From: Malacoraja senta
Taxonomy: Eukaryota
Reading direction: 5' to 3'
Length of the DNA: 64,000 bases
Assembly: GCA_038087875.1 (NCBI GenBank)
Contig: CM075993.1
Coordinates: forward strand, 4,900,001 to 4,964,000
The first letter of the stretch is position 1. Each line of letters begins with the position of its first letter. The notes under the pieces are model-generated. The model searched no databases. It was given only the letters and a program-made list of their open reading frames with translations, and was not told the DNA's origin. Shown piece after piece: positions 48,896-63,328 of this stretch. The translations under genes were made by a program, and so were the position numbers.

Positions 48896-51800
48896 CACGG
48901 AGGTCACAGCACTGAACCCTGCAGAACACATTGGTCTGACTTCCAGCCAGAATAACACACATGCACGACAAACCTATATTCTATGAGGAAGCCAGTTCTG
49001 AATCCAAACAAACAAGTCACTGTGCATCCCCTGCATCTATCTGGATAAGCCTACCACAAGGGACTTGATGAAATGCCTTACTAAAATCCATGTAGACAAC
49101 ATCCATGGTCCCACCATCATCAATCACTTTTGTCACCTGCTCAAAAAAACTCAATCATATTAGTGAGAAGTGACCTGCCTTGGAGAAAGCTATATTGACT
49201 ACCACTAATTTGTCCATTTTCTTCTAAATGAGAGCAAATCCTATCCCGAAGAATCCTTTCCCTACCACCAATGAAGGACTCAACGGCATATCATTTATTC
49301 AGCAAAAGAACAATATTGGTTATTCTCCAGCCCACCGGGACCTTACCTGTGGCTAGAGAATATACAAAGATCATCATCAAGGCTCCTGTAATCTCCTCTC
49401 TTGCCTCTCTCAATAACCTGTGATAGATCCCATCAAGCCATGGAAAATTATCCACCTTAATGCTCTTGAGTTCAGAGATTCAGCATGGAAACAGATCCTT
49501 TGGCCCACTTTGACCAACGTTCACCCGTACACTAGTTCTACCTTTACACTCGGGACAATTTACAGCAGCCAGTTAAGCTGCAAACCTGTACGTCTTCGGA
49601 AAGTGGGAGAAAACCAGAACACCCAGAAACCCTTTGCAGACACAGGGAGACTATACAAACTCCTTAAAGACAGTACCCCTAGTCAGGATCGAACCCAGGT
49701 CTCTGGCAATGTACAGCAGCAACTCTACCACTGTGCCACTGTTGGCTAGAGTGTCTCTTCAAGACACCCAACACCACCTCCTTGATCTTAAATTGCCCTA
49801 CTACAATAGTATACACCACACTAATCTCACTAAACTTCATGTTCTTCTCCTTGGTAAATATTAAAGTACATGTTTAGTACCTCGCTTACAACCGCAGATT
49901 CAAAGCATAAATTCCCAACTGTATCCTTGAGCAGTCCTACTTCCTTCCCTTCGAAACCCTCTTGGTTTTAACATATGTGGAAAAAGTCATTTTATGTCAC
50001 CTTGTCAAAAATAATAAAAAATAATAATATCTACTGTTAATAAAGTCAATAGTCACAAGGTCTTGAGACTTTATTGCATGGAACTGATCCATTCCTCCTC
50101 AGTCACCAACTTCACCCCACATTCACAGAAAATCTACCTCATTGGAGACCTTCAAGCTATCTTAAATCAGACTTTATCATGCACTAAATGTTGTACCCTT
50201 TATCCTGCATCTGTACACTGTAGACGGCTTGATTGGAACCATGTATAGTCTTTTTGTTGACTGGAAAGCAGGCAACAAAAAACCTTTCACTGTACCTCGG
50301 TACACGTGGCAATAATAAACTAAACTGCTATAGTTACTAACAAAAAGGATTTATACAAATGGTTTTAACCTACTCAGAAATATTATTTTGTAGGTTTCAA
50401 ACCAATAGACACTTAGATTTCATCTAGCAGGAGAACAAGAAAGTCCTAAATTTGACAAAACGATTATGCTGCGGCAATTCATCTCAATCACGATTTGCCT
50501 CCTAAGACAGCACAGACCAGCTTAAAAGTTAGTTATTAAAAAGATCAGCTAAGTCAACCGACCAGGATTTAAGTGCAGTACCTTAATTAGACGACATGCC
50601 CTGGGGAAATAGTTGCAAATCGATTTTTGTTCCAATGATCAAGTTACCACCACTCAGCTGCAACATCTGTTCCATCAAAATATGTACAAAAATCTGATCA
50701 CGTAAATGATATATGGGAAGGGGGGGTTTATATAAGGTCACTTCACAAAATCAATGTGGCCCTTCAGAGAAAAATATTAAATCCTCAAATACTACATTGG
50801 GAGAGAAGAGAAAAATTCTGTGTTTGGAATAATGGTTGATACATCCACAAAATTAATAAGCCCTATGCAAAGCTTTGATCACGTAATTGAATGCTACCGA
50901 TTATAACTTACATTGAAGTAGCTTTTGATATTGCTGAATAGAAGTCTCAAGATTCTGCCACTTTCTTTTCCCCCGTCGTCAACAAAATATTAAGAAATTA
51001 CTGGAGGATATTATTACAGGTCCCTCAATATTATTTCATGTTTCTGCCTTTCTTCGGTGTAATCTGACATATTTAATAATGATTCTTAACTTTTACTTTC
51101 GTCTGAAGTTAAGTTATGTAATTTTTTTTTAATTGTAGAGGAAGGTTGTCAAAGAACGCGGGTTCTTTGACAACCTTCAGACGGAAATTAGGGCGGAGAA
51201 TCAACAGGGAGCGTTTAATTTGGACAAGCGAGGGGTGGTGTATTTTGAGAGATCAAATGCAAGAGGAAAATATACAGTAGATGGCTGGAGCCTCAGGAGC
51301 ATTGAAAGGGATCTTGTGATCCATGTTCATTAGTCCATGAAAATGACAACGCAAGTGGATATGGTGATAAAGAAGGCATATGGCATGTCTGCCTTCATCA
51401 GTTAGGACACGGAGTACAAATCTGGCAAGTTGCTTAGGCGGCCACACTCGTACTTCGACCAAAACCTGGATACATGGTTCAACCGGTTAAACCTGCCTTT
51501 GAATGTAGTATGGGCATACAGTATTAGTAGGGGTGTGACAAGAGGAACAAATAAGTTCAGACGTAAAATACACACTGAAACTTTATTTCTCTAATCATAC
51601 CACTGCCTGTACATGGTAGGTAGCTTTCAAATCCAGTTGAAGATTTAGCTCAAAATACTGCCGTCGTTCATCTCAACAAAACAGGAAAAATGGGGAAGTG
51701 GTGAATGGAAGGTAAAAAATACATGAAAGAAACAATTTTAAAAAAAGCATGTCTTTAATGAAACCAGATTTATAATTTATGGGAAGTGGTTTAAGAAAAA

Positions 51801-54381
51801 TTGAATGGGGGGGGAGTGGGTCCCATGTTAATGGGGTAGAAACTTCAGACTAGCTAGCAGGATGAGAATTCACTGCCACTTATGTGAGAGCCATAACCGG
51901 AAATTGAGCTTTTTCTTATAGCCGTCTACATCTTATTTTATCATTAAATTTCTGTGCCTTCCTTTTCCAAGAATCAATCCTCATTGTGTAAATGTTATCC
52001 ATGTATTTCAACACACTAAGCCACAAATGTGCAAGCTTTGTATCTTTGTGACTTCTTAACAAAGAACGTTTTTTCGATAGCAATAGCCCCTGAATTTCCA
52101 GACATTTCTAACAAGGCAGTCCTTGATAATGTGCCCAAATGGTGCCCATAGACATCTGCCTTGTCAAGCCAGGAAAGTCTAAATCAGGAGACACCTGTCT
52201 GAAAGTGCACCTGAATCATATAAAGGAACATTAAGGAAAATGATCAAAAGTTTGTACAAAGTAGTGGATTCTATCTTGTTTAGGAGAGAAAGGTAAAAAT
52301 CCCTTCAAGGCTCAAAACCAATGACAACAAGCTGTGCAACAATTCATTGGCTTTATATACCCTTAAGCATAGGTTAGGTTAGGAGTCTCATGAATCTGAA
52401 ACAATACAAGCAAAACCATCTAACAATATGCATCATCACCATCCATGCAGAGTGCTTGGAATGTGTTTCTGTAAAGGCACAAGGGCAGATGAGTCCTGAT
52501 CACTATTGACTTCCAAAAAGGCAAAAAAAATGGAATGATTAAAACTCGGCTTGATCATCTCGATAGCAACAGAAGCAAAATCTCATCTTCATTAGAACCT
52601 TCAGAAATGCTGACCCAACAACCTGCTCTCTCCAACCTTGAGGCATCTTAAAACCAACAGTTTTGACCAACATTGTTGTCAATATCTCCTGTTGCACTGC
52701 ATTAATTAAAATGTTCAATTCCATTAAGAGTTATATGTAAACAAGATGCTGGTGATGTCAAATGCTGCAATGTAGGGGTGAGCAGAATGTATGGATTTGG
52801 CAAGAGGACTCCGCATATTTTAGATCAACTCCAAAACTATCAAGGATAACGAATCAATTATGGCACAAAGTGCTGCAGTAACTCAGCGGGTCAGGCAGGT
52901 GGAGAACATGGACAGGTGACATTTCAAATTTGCTGATCTGTGATCCAACACCACATGGTGATTACTCACCAAAAATTTGTACTATATTTGGTTGACAAAA
53001 AATTATTAAAATAACAACTTTGCATCAATAGCTACTTGGAGAAAATGTCCCAATTTTTCACAAATCTTTGTAGCTACCCACCTGGTTCTCGAATTAAGGC
53101 TACATTTTTCAGTGCTATAATATTACTATCCATTCCATCCGTTACCCTTCATTACAGTTTTGAGCAAATTATCCTTTAGCCTTCCAAATTGCGGAAACAT
53201 GACCCAAGAAGGATACTGAAGCTTGATTAAACCACTTAAGTATGCCAAATCTGCTATATGCAATTGGAGCAGTATTTATTAGACAAATTAAAAACAAAGC
53301 TTGACTTCATTAGTTCACTAGTTTCTCTCTCCCCAAAGTACTACCTGTTCTGAATATTTATAAAATCTTGTTTATTTTTCCAGATTTATAGCATCTGTGG
53401 CATTTTGATTTTAAACTAACCATTTAATTTGGTCTACAAGGTACGGTCAAAAGACACCCAAGGGTGAATGACACTAAATACAAATTGGTACTCTCAATTC
53501 CACACTATTTTCCGAACTGCAATGAGTAATGTTTTGTTTATAAATTGTAATATTTTATTAACTGGTGTCAAATTGAATATGCATCTCAATAATGTTTTAG
53601 ATTAGAAATTTCATCTGAATAAAGACTCTTTCTATATTATTTAAGCCTTGAGGCAATGAATACAATGGGAGACTGCATTGAATTACCCAGTAACTATATC
53701 TAACTTGGCATATGAATCATTTAAAACGGAGCTGGCCAGAGCTATTTCCATCTAATATTTTACATCTTCCCTGCCCATTTAAAACATGGGGGGGGGGGGG
53801 GGGTTTCCTCGAAGAAAAAAAGATAATCGTTTTATCTTCTCTTTTCAAATCTGGAAAAATAAACTAAATGCTGTTAACATTCAGAAAGGGGAGTACTTTG
53901 GGGGAGAGAGAAACTGGTGAACTACTGAAGTCAAGCTTCGTTTTTAATGTGTCTAAATACAGCTCTTTGAAATGTGAAATCTGGCTAGTTGCACATAATT
54001 CATAAAAGCATTCAGCAATGAAGCAAGGGACAAATGCTGGAAATTTTTTAAAAGAATGTATGAGAAATACTTGGATCTAAAGGGAAAAGGCTACATTTAA
54101 ACCCATCTTCTCAAGAATGCTAAAATGTAAATCTATGAAAGGGTTTTAAGATAAAATTCGGAGAATAAAGCCTGATTTATAGTGACTGGTCTTTATATTT
54201 GCTCCACCGTGTGGCAGCCTGACAACCAGCCACAGCTGCACCACCGCAGGTTTTCCGTGCACCCTAACTTCACGCCTTGGATAATCCCGCCCTCGTTGCT
54301 TAGCAACGGTGGGCCTAGCCAATCAGGCCGCCCGGCGCCGCGTCAATCACGCCCCCTTTCCAGCTTCCGGTCATCAGGCTA

Positions 54382-54549
<168 letters not shown>

Positions 54550-54853
54550 TTACACTGACGTTGGGTCGTTGCTCCCCGCCGCGGCCTGCAGCCCAACCCC
54601 CCGCCTCAGCTTCCAACCGACAAGTGCACGACGACGGCAGCCGGAGCCGGGCGCGGGGGGGGGGGGCCACGTGACCACGTGACCAGCCCGCCCACGTGAC
54701 GTGACCCGCCGCGTCACCGAGGCATTGCGTCATCGCTGGCTGCACGCCTGCTTGTCATCAGCGCTCAGACAGTGAAACGTCACCCATTCCTTCTCTCCAG
54801 AGTCAAGTCAAGTTTTATTCGTCACATGCACATACGAGATGTACAGTGAAAGG

Positions 54854-55281
54854 GGTTGGACAGGCTAGATGCAGGAAGATTATTCCCGATGTTGGGGAAG
54901 TCCAGAACTAGGGGTCACAGTTTAAGGATAAGGGGGAAATCCTTTAAGACCGAGATGAGGAAAAACGTTTTCACACAGAGAGTGGTGAATCTCTGGAACT
55001 CTCTGCCACAGAGGGTAGTTGAGGCCAGTTCATTGGCTATATTTAAGAGGGAGTTAGATGTGGCCCTTGTGGCTAAAGGGATCAGGGGGTATGGAGAGAA
55101 GGCAGGTATGGGATACTGAGTTGGATGATCAGCCATGATCATATTGAATGGCAGTGCAGGCTCGAAGGGCCGAATGGCCTACTCCTGCACCTATTTTCTA
55201 TATCTATGTATCTATATCAAATGGCGGTGCACGCTCGAAGGGCCGAATGGCCTACTCCTGCACCTATTTTCTATGTTTCTA
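54854..55281 (+). mobile_element. CR1 LINE 3' end with duplicated tail, upstream of the TSPAN3 promoter
   Basis: Near-identical to the CR1 at 1-360 in the opposite orientation; TGAAAGG direct repeats at 54847-54853 and 55282-55288. Confidence 0.9.
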
Positions 55282-56215
55282 TGAAAGGAAAAGTGACAAT
55301 GCTCGCGGACTTTGTGCAAAAAACAAACAAACAAACTGCAAACAGAATGGAAACAGAGATGCTGCACATGGAGAATGTGCAGACACCGTACAGACAGCAG
55401 CAGCAGAGGTCAGGATCGAACCCCTATCTCTGGTGCTCTGAGGCAACAGCTGCGCCACTCTCCCGCCCTTAAATGTTAATGCTTTTTTATCTTTCCACAG
55501 ATGCTACTTTGCCTGCAGGGTAATTCCAACATTTTCTGATTTGATTTCAGATATTCAACATACGCAGGTATTTTTAATGTTCAGGTAGGAAGCTCTCTAG
55601 CCCAAGGGAACAAGGAGTTTGCACGGGATGCTATCGTTTGTATCTCAACAAACATTCATTAATAATGTTTCTGGCATCTTGCTGTGTGTACATTAGTTGG
55701 GTGGTTTGTTTATTGAACAACAAATGAGGCAGTGCCTGCATGCAGGAAGTGCTAAAAAATTATCAACCCCCGCCCCCCACCTGTGTTCACCTATTGCCTG
55801 ACATGCTTTGTTATGCCCCTCATATCATGGCTATGCAATTTACATATTCAGAGACCATAAGCGATACAACATAAATGCAAATTTATTCTGTTAAACTAAA
55901 TAAAAAAAACAATTTTAATGCACTGTATATTTGTCCTTTACTCATTAACAGTTTTATCTATAGCACACAATTCCTGTAAGTGTCAAACCTACTTCCAATA
56001 TATATTTTTCCATTGCACTCTGTTGATAACACATTTATAGAACAGCATTGTCACTGAAACATCGTACTTCACAAGGACCCAGTGACTCCAGAAATAATTT
56101 TCTGACAGGATATGTTTCTCAGGCGCACATCAGCAACATTTTTTTGAACTTTGACTTATTTTGCAAATTTTGGGATTTTAATTACTCTGCTTAGCGTACA
56201 GGGTGCACAAGAACC

Positions 56216-56429
56216 TGGAGTAACTCAGTGGGACAGACAGCATCTCTGGAGAGAGGCAATGGGTGACGTTTCGGGTCGAGACCCTTCTTCAGACAGTCTG
56301 AAGAAGGGTCTCGACCTAAAATGTCACCCATTCATTTTCTCCAGAGATGCTGCCTGTCCCGCTGAGTTACTCCAGCATTTTGTGTCTATCTTCGGTTTAA
56401 ACCAGCATCCGCAGTTCCTTCCTACACAC
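56216..56429. mobile_element. Penelope-derived foldback with back-to-back hammerhead motifs
   Basis: Centre reads ..CTTCTTCAGAC A GTCTGAAGAAG..; flanks GCACAAGA(A/G)CCTG. Confidence 0.85.
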
Positions 56430-59400
56430 GCACAAGAGCCTGACGGAACCAATGCTAAAGTATAGAGAGACAATTTACTGACACCCCTACTGTGCTGGGA
56501 ACCTGGCACAAACCCCTCCCCATCACTCTGCCAGGAACCTGATGCAAATTCAGCAGCAAATCATCTCACAGCTCGGGGTGAAGAAGCTGCCTGTGGAGGC
56601 TGGTGTCGGACGGGATGCACTGAACAAACCAGCAGCTCCATGCACGGATGTGGGACCCAGGACTACACCCAGGCCAGAGGGTTGCGTGCATCCCAGGGCA
56701 CTGACTAGCAGTGGTCAAGAGGCCACACTGATCCTACCATTTCCATCTTCACCACCCATTGAAAGTGATGGAAGCTGCTGGCTTTTTGGCTACAGACCTT
56801 TCCACAGCGATCACCGTTGAGTTTATCACTGAAGCAATCTTCAAAATGGGGTGAGCTAAGTCCTTAAACTGTTGGAGATGCAAGGAAATGCAGGAGCTGG
56901 TTTACCAAAAAAATACACATAGTGCTGGAGTAAATAAGCAGGTCAGACAGCATCTCTGGAGAACATTTGTCTTAAAAAAGGTCCTGATGGGAAATAATAC
57001 AAATCCCTTTTGCTTGAATTTGCCTCTAAACCCTAATCCACATATGTATCCAAATGTTTTTTATAATTCATAACTGTATCCATTTCTATAGCTTCTGCTT
57101 ATTCCAGATATGGGCCGTCCTCTGAGTGAGAAAGGTATCCCTGAGGTCCCTCTTAAATCTCTCCTCTCTCACAAGCCTGTGTCCTCTATTTTTAGAATCC
57201 TCTACCTTGGTAAAAAATTGTTCACTTTATCCATGCACTTCATAATGTGCACTTCAATAAAGTCACCCTTCAACCTCCAATGCTCCGGAGAAAAAAATCC
57301 GAGCATATATAATCTCTATCTCACGCCCGTAAGTCCAGGCAGTATCCTGGTGATCTTAGTATTAAAGTTATACAATTTGTATGGTAAGTGATTGAATTTA
57401 GACGCTCTAATTAAGATGACAGCTGATGACACAAAAAACACGGATGTTAAGGAGGATGTAATGACACGCTTCAGTCAACCCCTGTATGGATATTAAAAAA
57501 ACACAAAGTGCTCAAGTAACTCAGCAGGTCAGGCAGCATCTGTGGAGAACATGGCTAGGAGACATTTCGGGTCGGGACCCTTCAGATTGAAGAAGAGTCC
57601 CGAGCTGAAACGTCACCTATCCATGTTCCCCTGCCTGACCTGCTGAGTTACTCCAGCACTTTCTATCATTTTTAGCAAACTAGCATCTGCAGTTCTTTGT
57701 TTCTACATTTTCCCTTTGTGGATATAACAACTTCTTGTCAAAACATGCTGAAACATTCCAACACTGCGACTCCGGCACTGACTGCAATCCTACTCACTTT
57801 CCTGATTTCGGTGTTCCTGACCCCAGCTCCAGTTCTGACCACGTGCCTGGCCCATATTCCAGAACACTGCTCCAGCCTTCCTGCACTCCCAGCCCTTGCC
57901 TCTGGATGTCCTCATCTCGCACACTGATTCTGCATTCTGGCACAGAACACCAAATGCAATCCAGCACATGGCATGGAGGGGAGCTCTCATTGAAACTCTC
58001 TGGATAACAAAAGGCCTAGATAGAGTGGACGTGGAAAGGATGTTTCTAGTAATGGGAGAGTCACATAAACATTGAACACAGCCTCAGAATAAAAGGACAT
58101 ACCTTCAGAATAGAGTTGATGAAGAATTTTATTTTCCAGAGGGTGGTGAATCTGTGGAATTCATTACCACAGATGGCGGTGGAGGCCAAGTTGTAGGGTA
58201 CTTCTAAATCAGAGATTGGTAGATTTACGATTAGTAAGGGTGTCAATGGTTACAGGGGAAGGCAGGAGAATGGGGTTGAGAGGGTAAAATAGATCAGCCA
58301 CGATTGAATGATGAAGAAGACTTGATGGGCTGTATGGCCCCATTCTCCTATGTTCATTCACCACAGAAGAGGGCTCTGGAGGAAATTGTAATGAGTACCA
58401 ACCCTCCCAGAAAAATATAGAATCATACAGCATGGAAACAGGCCCTTCGGCCCAACATTTCCATGTCGTCCAAGATGCCCCATCTAAGCTTGTCCCATTT
58501 GCCTGCATTTTGTGTTCATCCCTCTAAAACTTTCCTACCCATGTATCTGTCCAAATGTAGAGTGAGCAACATGACTCGTCTCACAGATGCATGAATCCCC
58601 AGACAGTACGTCAGTAGAGTGGGCTAAGTGTAATTAATGGTGGGGAGACAGCAGTTGCCTGTAGGAAGATATAAATGAAGTAGCAGATGGGCAGTGAGCA
58701 AATGGAATTACACTCAGAGAAGTGTGAAGTAATACAGTGAGGAGTGGCTGGGACTGACTGAACAAAAGGCATAGAAAACACAATAAATAATAGGATACTA
58801 AAATAATGTGTAAAGAAAAGGGGATCTTGGATCGTGTGTCCATAGATACAAGGATAATAATAATAATATCTTTTATTGTCATTGAACATAGGTGCAACGA
58901 GATTTGGTATGCAGCTTCCATCCGATGTCATAACTTAAACAACTAATACAATTTAGATACCCCGAGAAACATGATTTATAAAAAAGAACAGTAAAAGTGT
59001 ATAAAGTGCAAATAGGTCTGTGCCGGGTCAATGTGCGACGAGAATAGGTCAGGAGGACAAAATGGTTAAGAAGGCATAAGGTATACATTTTTAGCTGGTT
59101 TCTAGAATATAAGGGAAGTTTGTCTGGAACTGTATAAAGCACCAACCACATCAGATTTCTATCAACTTTCAGTACAAGGTGCAACTACCCTAGAGGGGGA
59201 AAGAAGAGATTCACAGGTATGTTGCTTGAACTGAAATAATTTTAGTCATGGGAAAATACGAGGAAAGTTTGAGAGAATACCCTTTGGAATACCCTAGGCT
59301 GAGAAGATATTTGTGGTATATGGAATTATATGAGGCCAAGATGAAGTGTGTAGGAAGGAACTACTTCCATCAGCAAATGGTTCCACACCAAGGAGGAAGT

Positions 59401-59684
59401 GAGATTAATGTCATTGCAAACTTTATTTTAACCAAAGGTGAAGATGGTCTGAAACTCATTGGATAAAAGGGCATCTCAGAGGCAGAAACTTACAGTACAT
59501 ATAAAATAAACTCTGATATGCACTTGAAGCCACAAGTTGAGAGCTGGAAAGTACACGTTCTTTATCAGCTATCTTGGCACCATATAAAGAAAGGGCATCC
59601 TTTTGTGCCATAAATGTCTATTATTCTGTGAACCATATTCTCATGAAAAGCATTTCTTTCCAACAAGTATTCAACTTTAATTCT

Positions 59685-59990
59685 TTAGTTTAGTTTCGAG
59701 ATACAGCATGAAAACAGGCCCTTTGGCCTTCCAAGTTGGTGCCGACCAGCGATCCCCATATGCTAACACTATCCTACACACTAGGGACAATTTACAATTT
59801 ACCAAGCCAATTAACGTACAAACCTGTACGGCTTTTGAATGTGGGAGGAAAGGAGTTCCTGGAGAAATCCTACGCAGGTCACGGGGAGAAGGTACAAACA
59901 CCACCTAGACAGCACCCGTAGTCAAGATGGAACCCGGGCCTCTGGCGCTGAAAGCCAGAAACTCTACATCTGCGCCACCATGCCACCCCT
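59685..59990 (-). mobile_element. HE1-type SINE
   Basis: Reverse-complement head, V-domain and tail. Confidence 0.8.
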
Positions 59991-62919
59991 AAAGTCAATC
60001 TCTCTCAAAGGTATATTTCTACTGAAGTTTGAGTTTGGTTTCATGAAGTGGTGGGTCAAACACAACCCCACATTGTCAATAGACAAAGGCACTTTGTCTA
60101 GAAGTTAATAGCTGGTCATTAGTACAAGACTTACTATAAAGAAGCATTGTACCCAACATCCAAACTCATTCCATTGACTACATGTTGGTTGAATTCTTGT
60201 AAACAATCACCAATCTTCTAATGTTTTTAGATTAGGCTGTCTGTTCTGATTATTTCATTTTTATTGCATTCTTGTGGCCACATTTTTGTTCTGTACATTA
60301 CTAAATAGTATAAATGATTCCAGCATCCCAGCATCTGCGATCTCATGTCTCCAGAATAAAATCTAGCTGGAAAAGCATAATTTTTGCCAGGATGAATATA
60401 ACATTCTTTTATGTAATACGCTAGTGGAAGTTTTAAACCATGTGTTAAACATGGTTCTGCAGTGTTGCAACTCCACCATGTTCAGTTTCCGTGATCTAAT
60501 ACAGCATTCTGTTCTGTCGGTACGCGTGAAATGTATCATTTATTTATTCATTTCATTCCACTTCAGGGAGAATTCCCACTGTTTCAAAACTTCGTCTCAA
60601 GATTAAAATAGAAAATGCAATGAGTTTAAAAAAAAAGATCTTCTTGAAACAGTTCTCTGAGCTTTCAAGTTGTAGTGAAACAGTGTGAGAGGAATGTGTG
60701 AAGCATCTGCTGCCAACACAGGAAAGAGAAGTGGTTGAGGAAGATGAGCCAAGGCAATTGCTTTGATCTTTGGCAGTGTGTCACAATGAAGCATCCTCTT
60801 ACTGAATGACGGTCCACGAGCTTTGGAGACTAGACCTTTTTCTTTGTGTTGGAAGGAACTACAGATGCTGGTTTACACTGAACAAAGACACTAAATGCTG
60901 GAATAACTCAGTGGGACAGGCAGCATCTCTAGAGAGAAAGAATGGGTGACGTTTTAGGTCAGACTGATGAAGGGTCTCGACCCAAAATGTCACCTATTCC
61001 TTCTCTCCAGAGACGAGGCCTTTTTCTTTATTTGGTGGTCAAGAGAAGTTGAAATCATCAGAAACAATTCAAGTTGTGACAAAGAACTGCAGACATTTGT
61101 ATTTTCTAACAATGAAAGAAGTGGGGAATAGATTGCAGAGAGGAAGAATTAAATTGAGGCAAGAGAAAGTAAGTACAGTTCAGCTCTATCAGCCATTCCA
61201 CAAATGCCATTTGTAAGGCTATTGGAAGAGGATGGAGAAATGGGATTAGTTGGATTGCTTTTGCATAGAGCATTTGTGCATTATTGGAAGAAGAGTAGGG
61301 GAGAATGGTCCTGACCTATAAAGTTATCTGTCCATTCTCTCCACAAATGCTGCCCGACCTGCTGAGTTCCTCCAGCACAAGATTCGAGCATCTGCAGTTC
61401 CTTGTGTCTCGAGTTTCATTTGATGTCCTGGCCTACATTTATCCCTCAACCAACATCAAATTGAGTCTTAAGAAAAGTCCAGAGCTGAAAAGTCACTTAT
61501 CCACTTTCTCCAGAGATGCTGCCTGACTCGCTGAGTTACTCCAGCATTTTGTGTCTGTCAGAATATCAAGTTGCTTATTAATGCTGTTTGAAGATGTTGT
61601 GAAATGGAAACCCATCGGCCACATTTACTACATTCCAGCAGTGACTGACCACATTAAGCCACGAATTAGCTGCGATTTGAAGTAGCAAAAGATAAATAAA
61701 TCCCACATTTGTTTTTGTTTTTGTCTGAAGATAGATGCTGCCTGATCCACTTTGTGTTCTGTACAAGATTTTTTTAGTTTGTTTCAAGTTTGACAAATGC
61801 ATTCTTTCCCTGCTAATCTCATCCTAAATCTTCCACATTTAATGAGCTATATCAGTGTCTCTTTGTTTGTTCGGCTTCACAGAACTGGTCTCAACCGTAG
61901 AAAGTGGTACCTAGTGTTTGAGGGAAAGCTTCAATAATTGATGGGGCTCTTTTCTCTTGGTGAATTTCAATAATTAATCAGGAGGGCTGGGGTTACTCAC
62001 TTGGGATGGTGTCAGGAATGTTGATCTGACTTTAACGCCTCATAAAATGCAGAGAGAAAATCAGTCAAATACGTTGCATCTGATCAAGTTCTCCTTTCTC
62101 CTGTTCCCTGTTCTCATATTTTTTTTGCTGTCAAATAGATAAAATGAGCACTCACAGTCTTTTTACCAGGGTAAGATTTCTAAAGCTAGAGGGTAGACAC
62201 AAAATGCTGGAGTAACTCCGCGGGACAGCAGCATCTCTGGAGAGAAGGAATGGGTGACGTTTTGGGTCAAGACCTCTTCTTCAGAGTGTCTAAAGCAAGA
62301 GGGCATGGACTTAATGTGAGAGGGGAGGGAATTCAGGGGAAACCTTTTCACTCAGAGGTTAGTCTGTACCTGGAATGAGCTGCCAGGGGAAGCTATAGAA
62401 GTGGATGCAATTACAACTTTCAATAGACATTTGGGACGAACAGCCATGATCACAATGAATGGCGGTGCTGGCTCGAAGGGCCGAATGGCCTCCGCCTGCA
62501 CCTATTTTCTCTGACAGATATATGGATAGGAAGGGTTTAGAGGGATATGGGCCAAATGCAGGTATGTAGGACTAGCCCTGAATGCCAACTTGGTCAGCAT
62601 GGACAAAGTGGGCTGAAGGGCCTGTTTTTGTGCTGTACAGCCTCATGACTTCAAATGGAAACTCACTGTTCAATGTTAATAATCAGTCATGTTCATATTG
62701 ACCATATTCTGGAAGGTGCCTCGGGCAAAAACAAGTGAATATTTTGGAGGAATTGATACCAATGCAGATTTACATTTAAAAAAAACAACGACTGGCTGAG
62801 GCTCTTCCAACATTTTCTGTTCCTGGATATTTTGGGGAGTTGGGGATGGTATTCATGTGTCCGAAATAAATGTCGAGAAAGCTAAAGCAAAATCAAAATG
62901 ACAATCTGATGACGACACC

Positions 62920-63328
62920 ACGCAATAACCAACTTGATCTCCCGGCAGCTCAGCACTTCAACTCCTCCTTCCATTCAAAATCCGACCTTTCTGGCCTGGG
63001 CCTCCTTCCTGGCCAGAGTGAGGCCCACCGTAAATTGGAGGAGCAGCACCTCATATTTCACTTGGGTAGTTTACACCCCAGCCATATGAAAATTGTCTTC
63101 TCTAATTTCAGGTAGTCCCTGCTTTCTCCTCCCCTTCCCAGCTCTCCCTCAGCCCACTCTTCCTTTCTTCTTCCCCCCCCCCCCCACCTTCACATCAGTC
63201 TGAAGAAGTGTCTCGACCCGAAACGTTGCCTATTTCCTTCGCTCCATAGATGCTGCCTCACTCGCTGAGTTTCTCCAGCATTTTTGTCTACCTTCGATTT
63301 TCCAGCATCTGCAGTTCCTTCTTAAACA
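62920..63328 (+). mobile_element. Penelope-like element 3' end
   Basis: AQHFNSSFHSKSDLSGLGLL..KLEEQHLIFHLGSLHP, followed by a terminal repeat with a hammerhead-like motif near 63200. Confidence 0.85.

Larger units (their letters stand above)
46790..49460 (-). mobile_element. Old CR1 LINE, split by an L2 insertion and a (TA)n microsatellite
   Basis: Removing the L2 and one TSD copy restores KFADDTKISGAIESEEGYQRIQQDIDQLQIWA. Confidence 0.8.

Noticed and set aside
56542..56820. 92-aa ORF as exon 2 of the antisense gene
   Set aside because: No recognisable domain and no clearly supported phase-compatible splice sites.
60566..60780. Exon-like segment after a strong acceptor
   Set aside because: Stops occur in all three frames, and the frame compatible with the candidate first exon ends after 12 codons.
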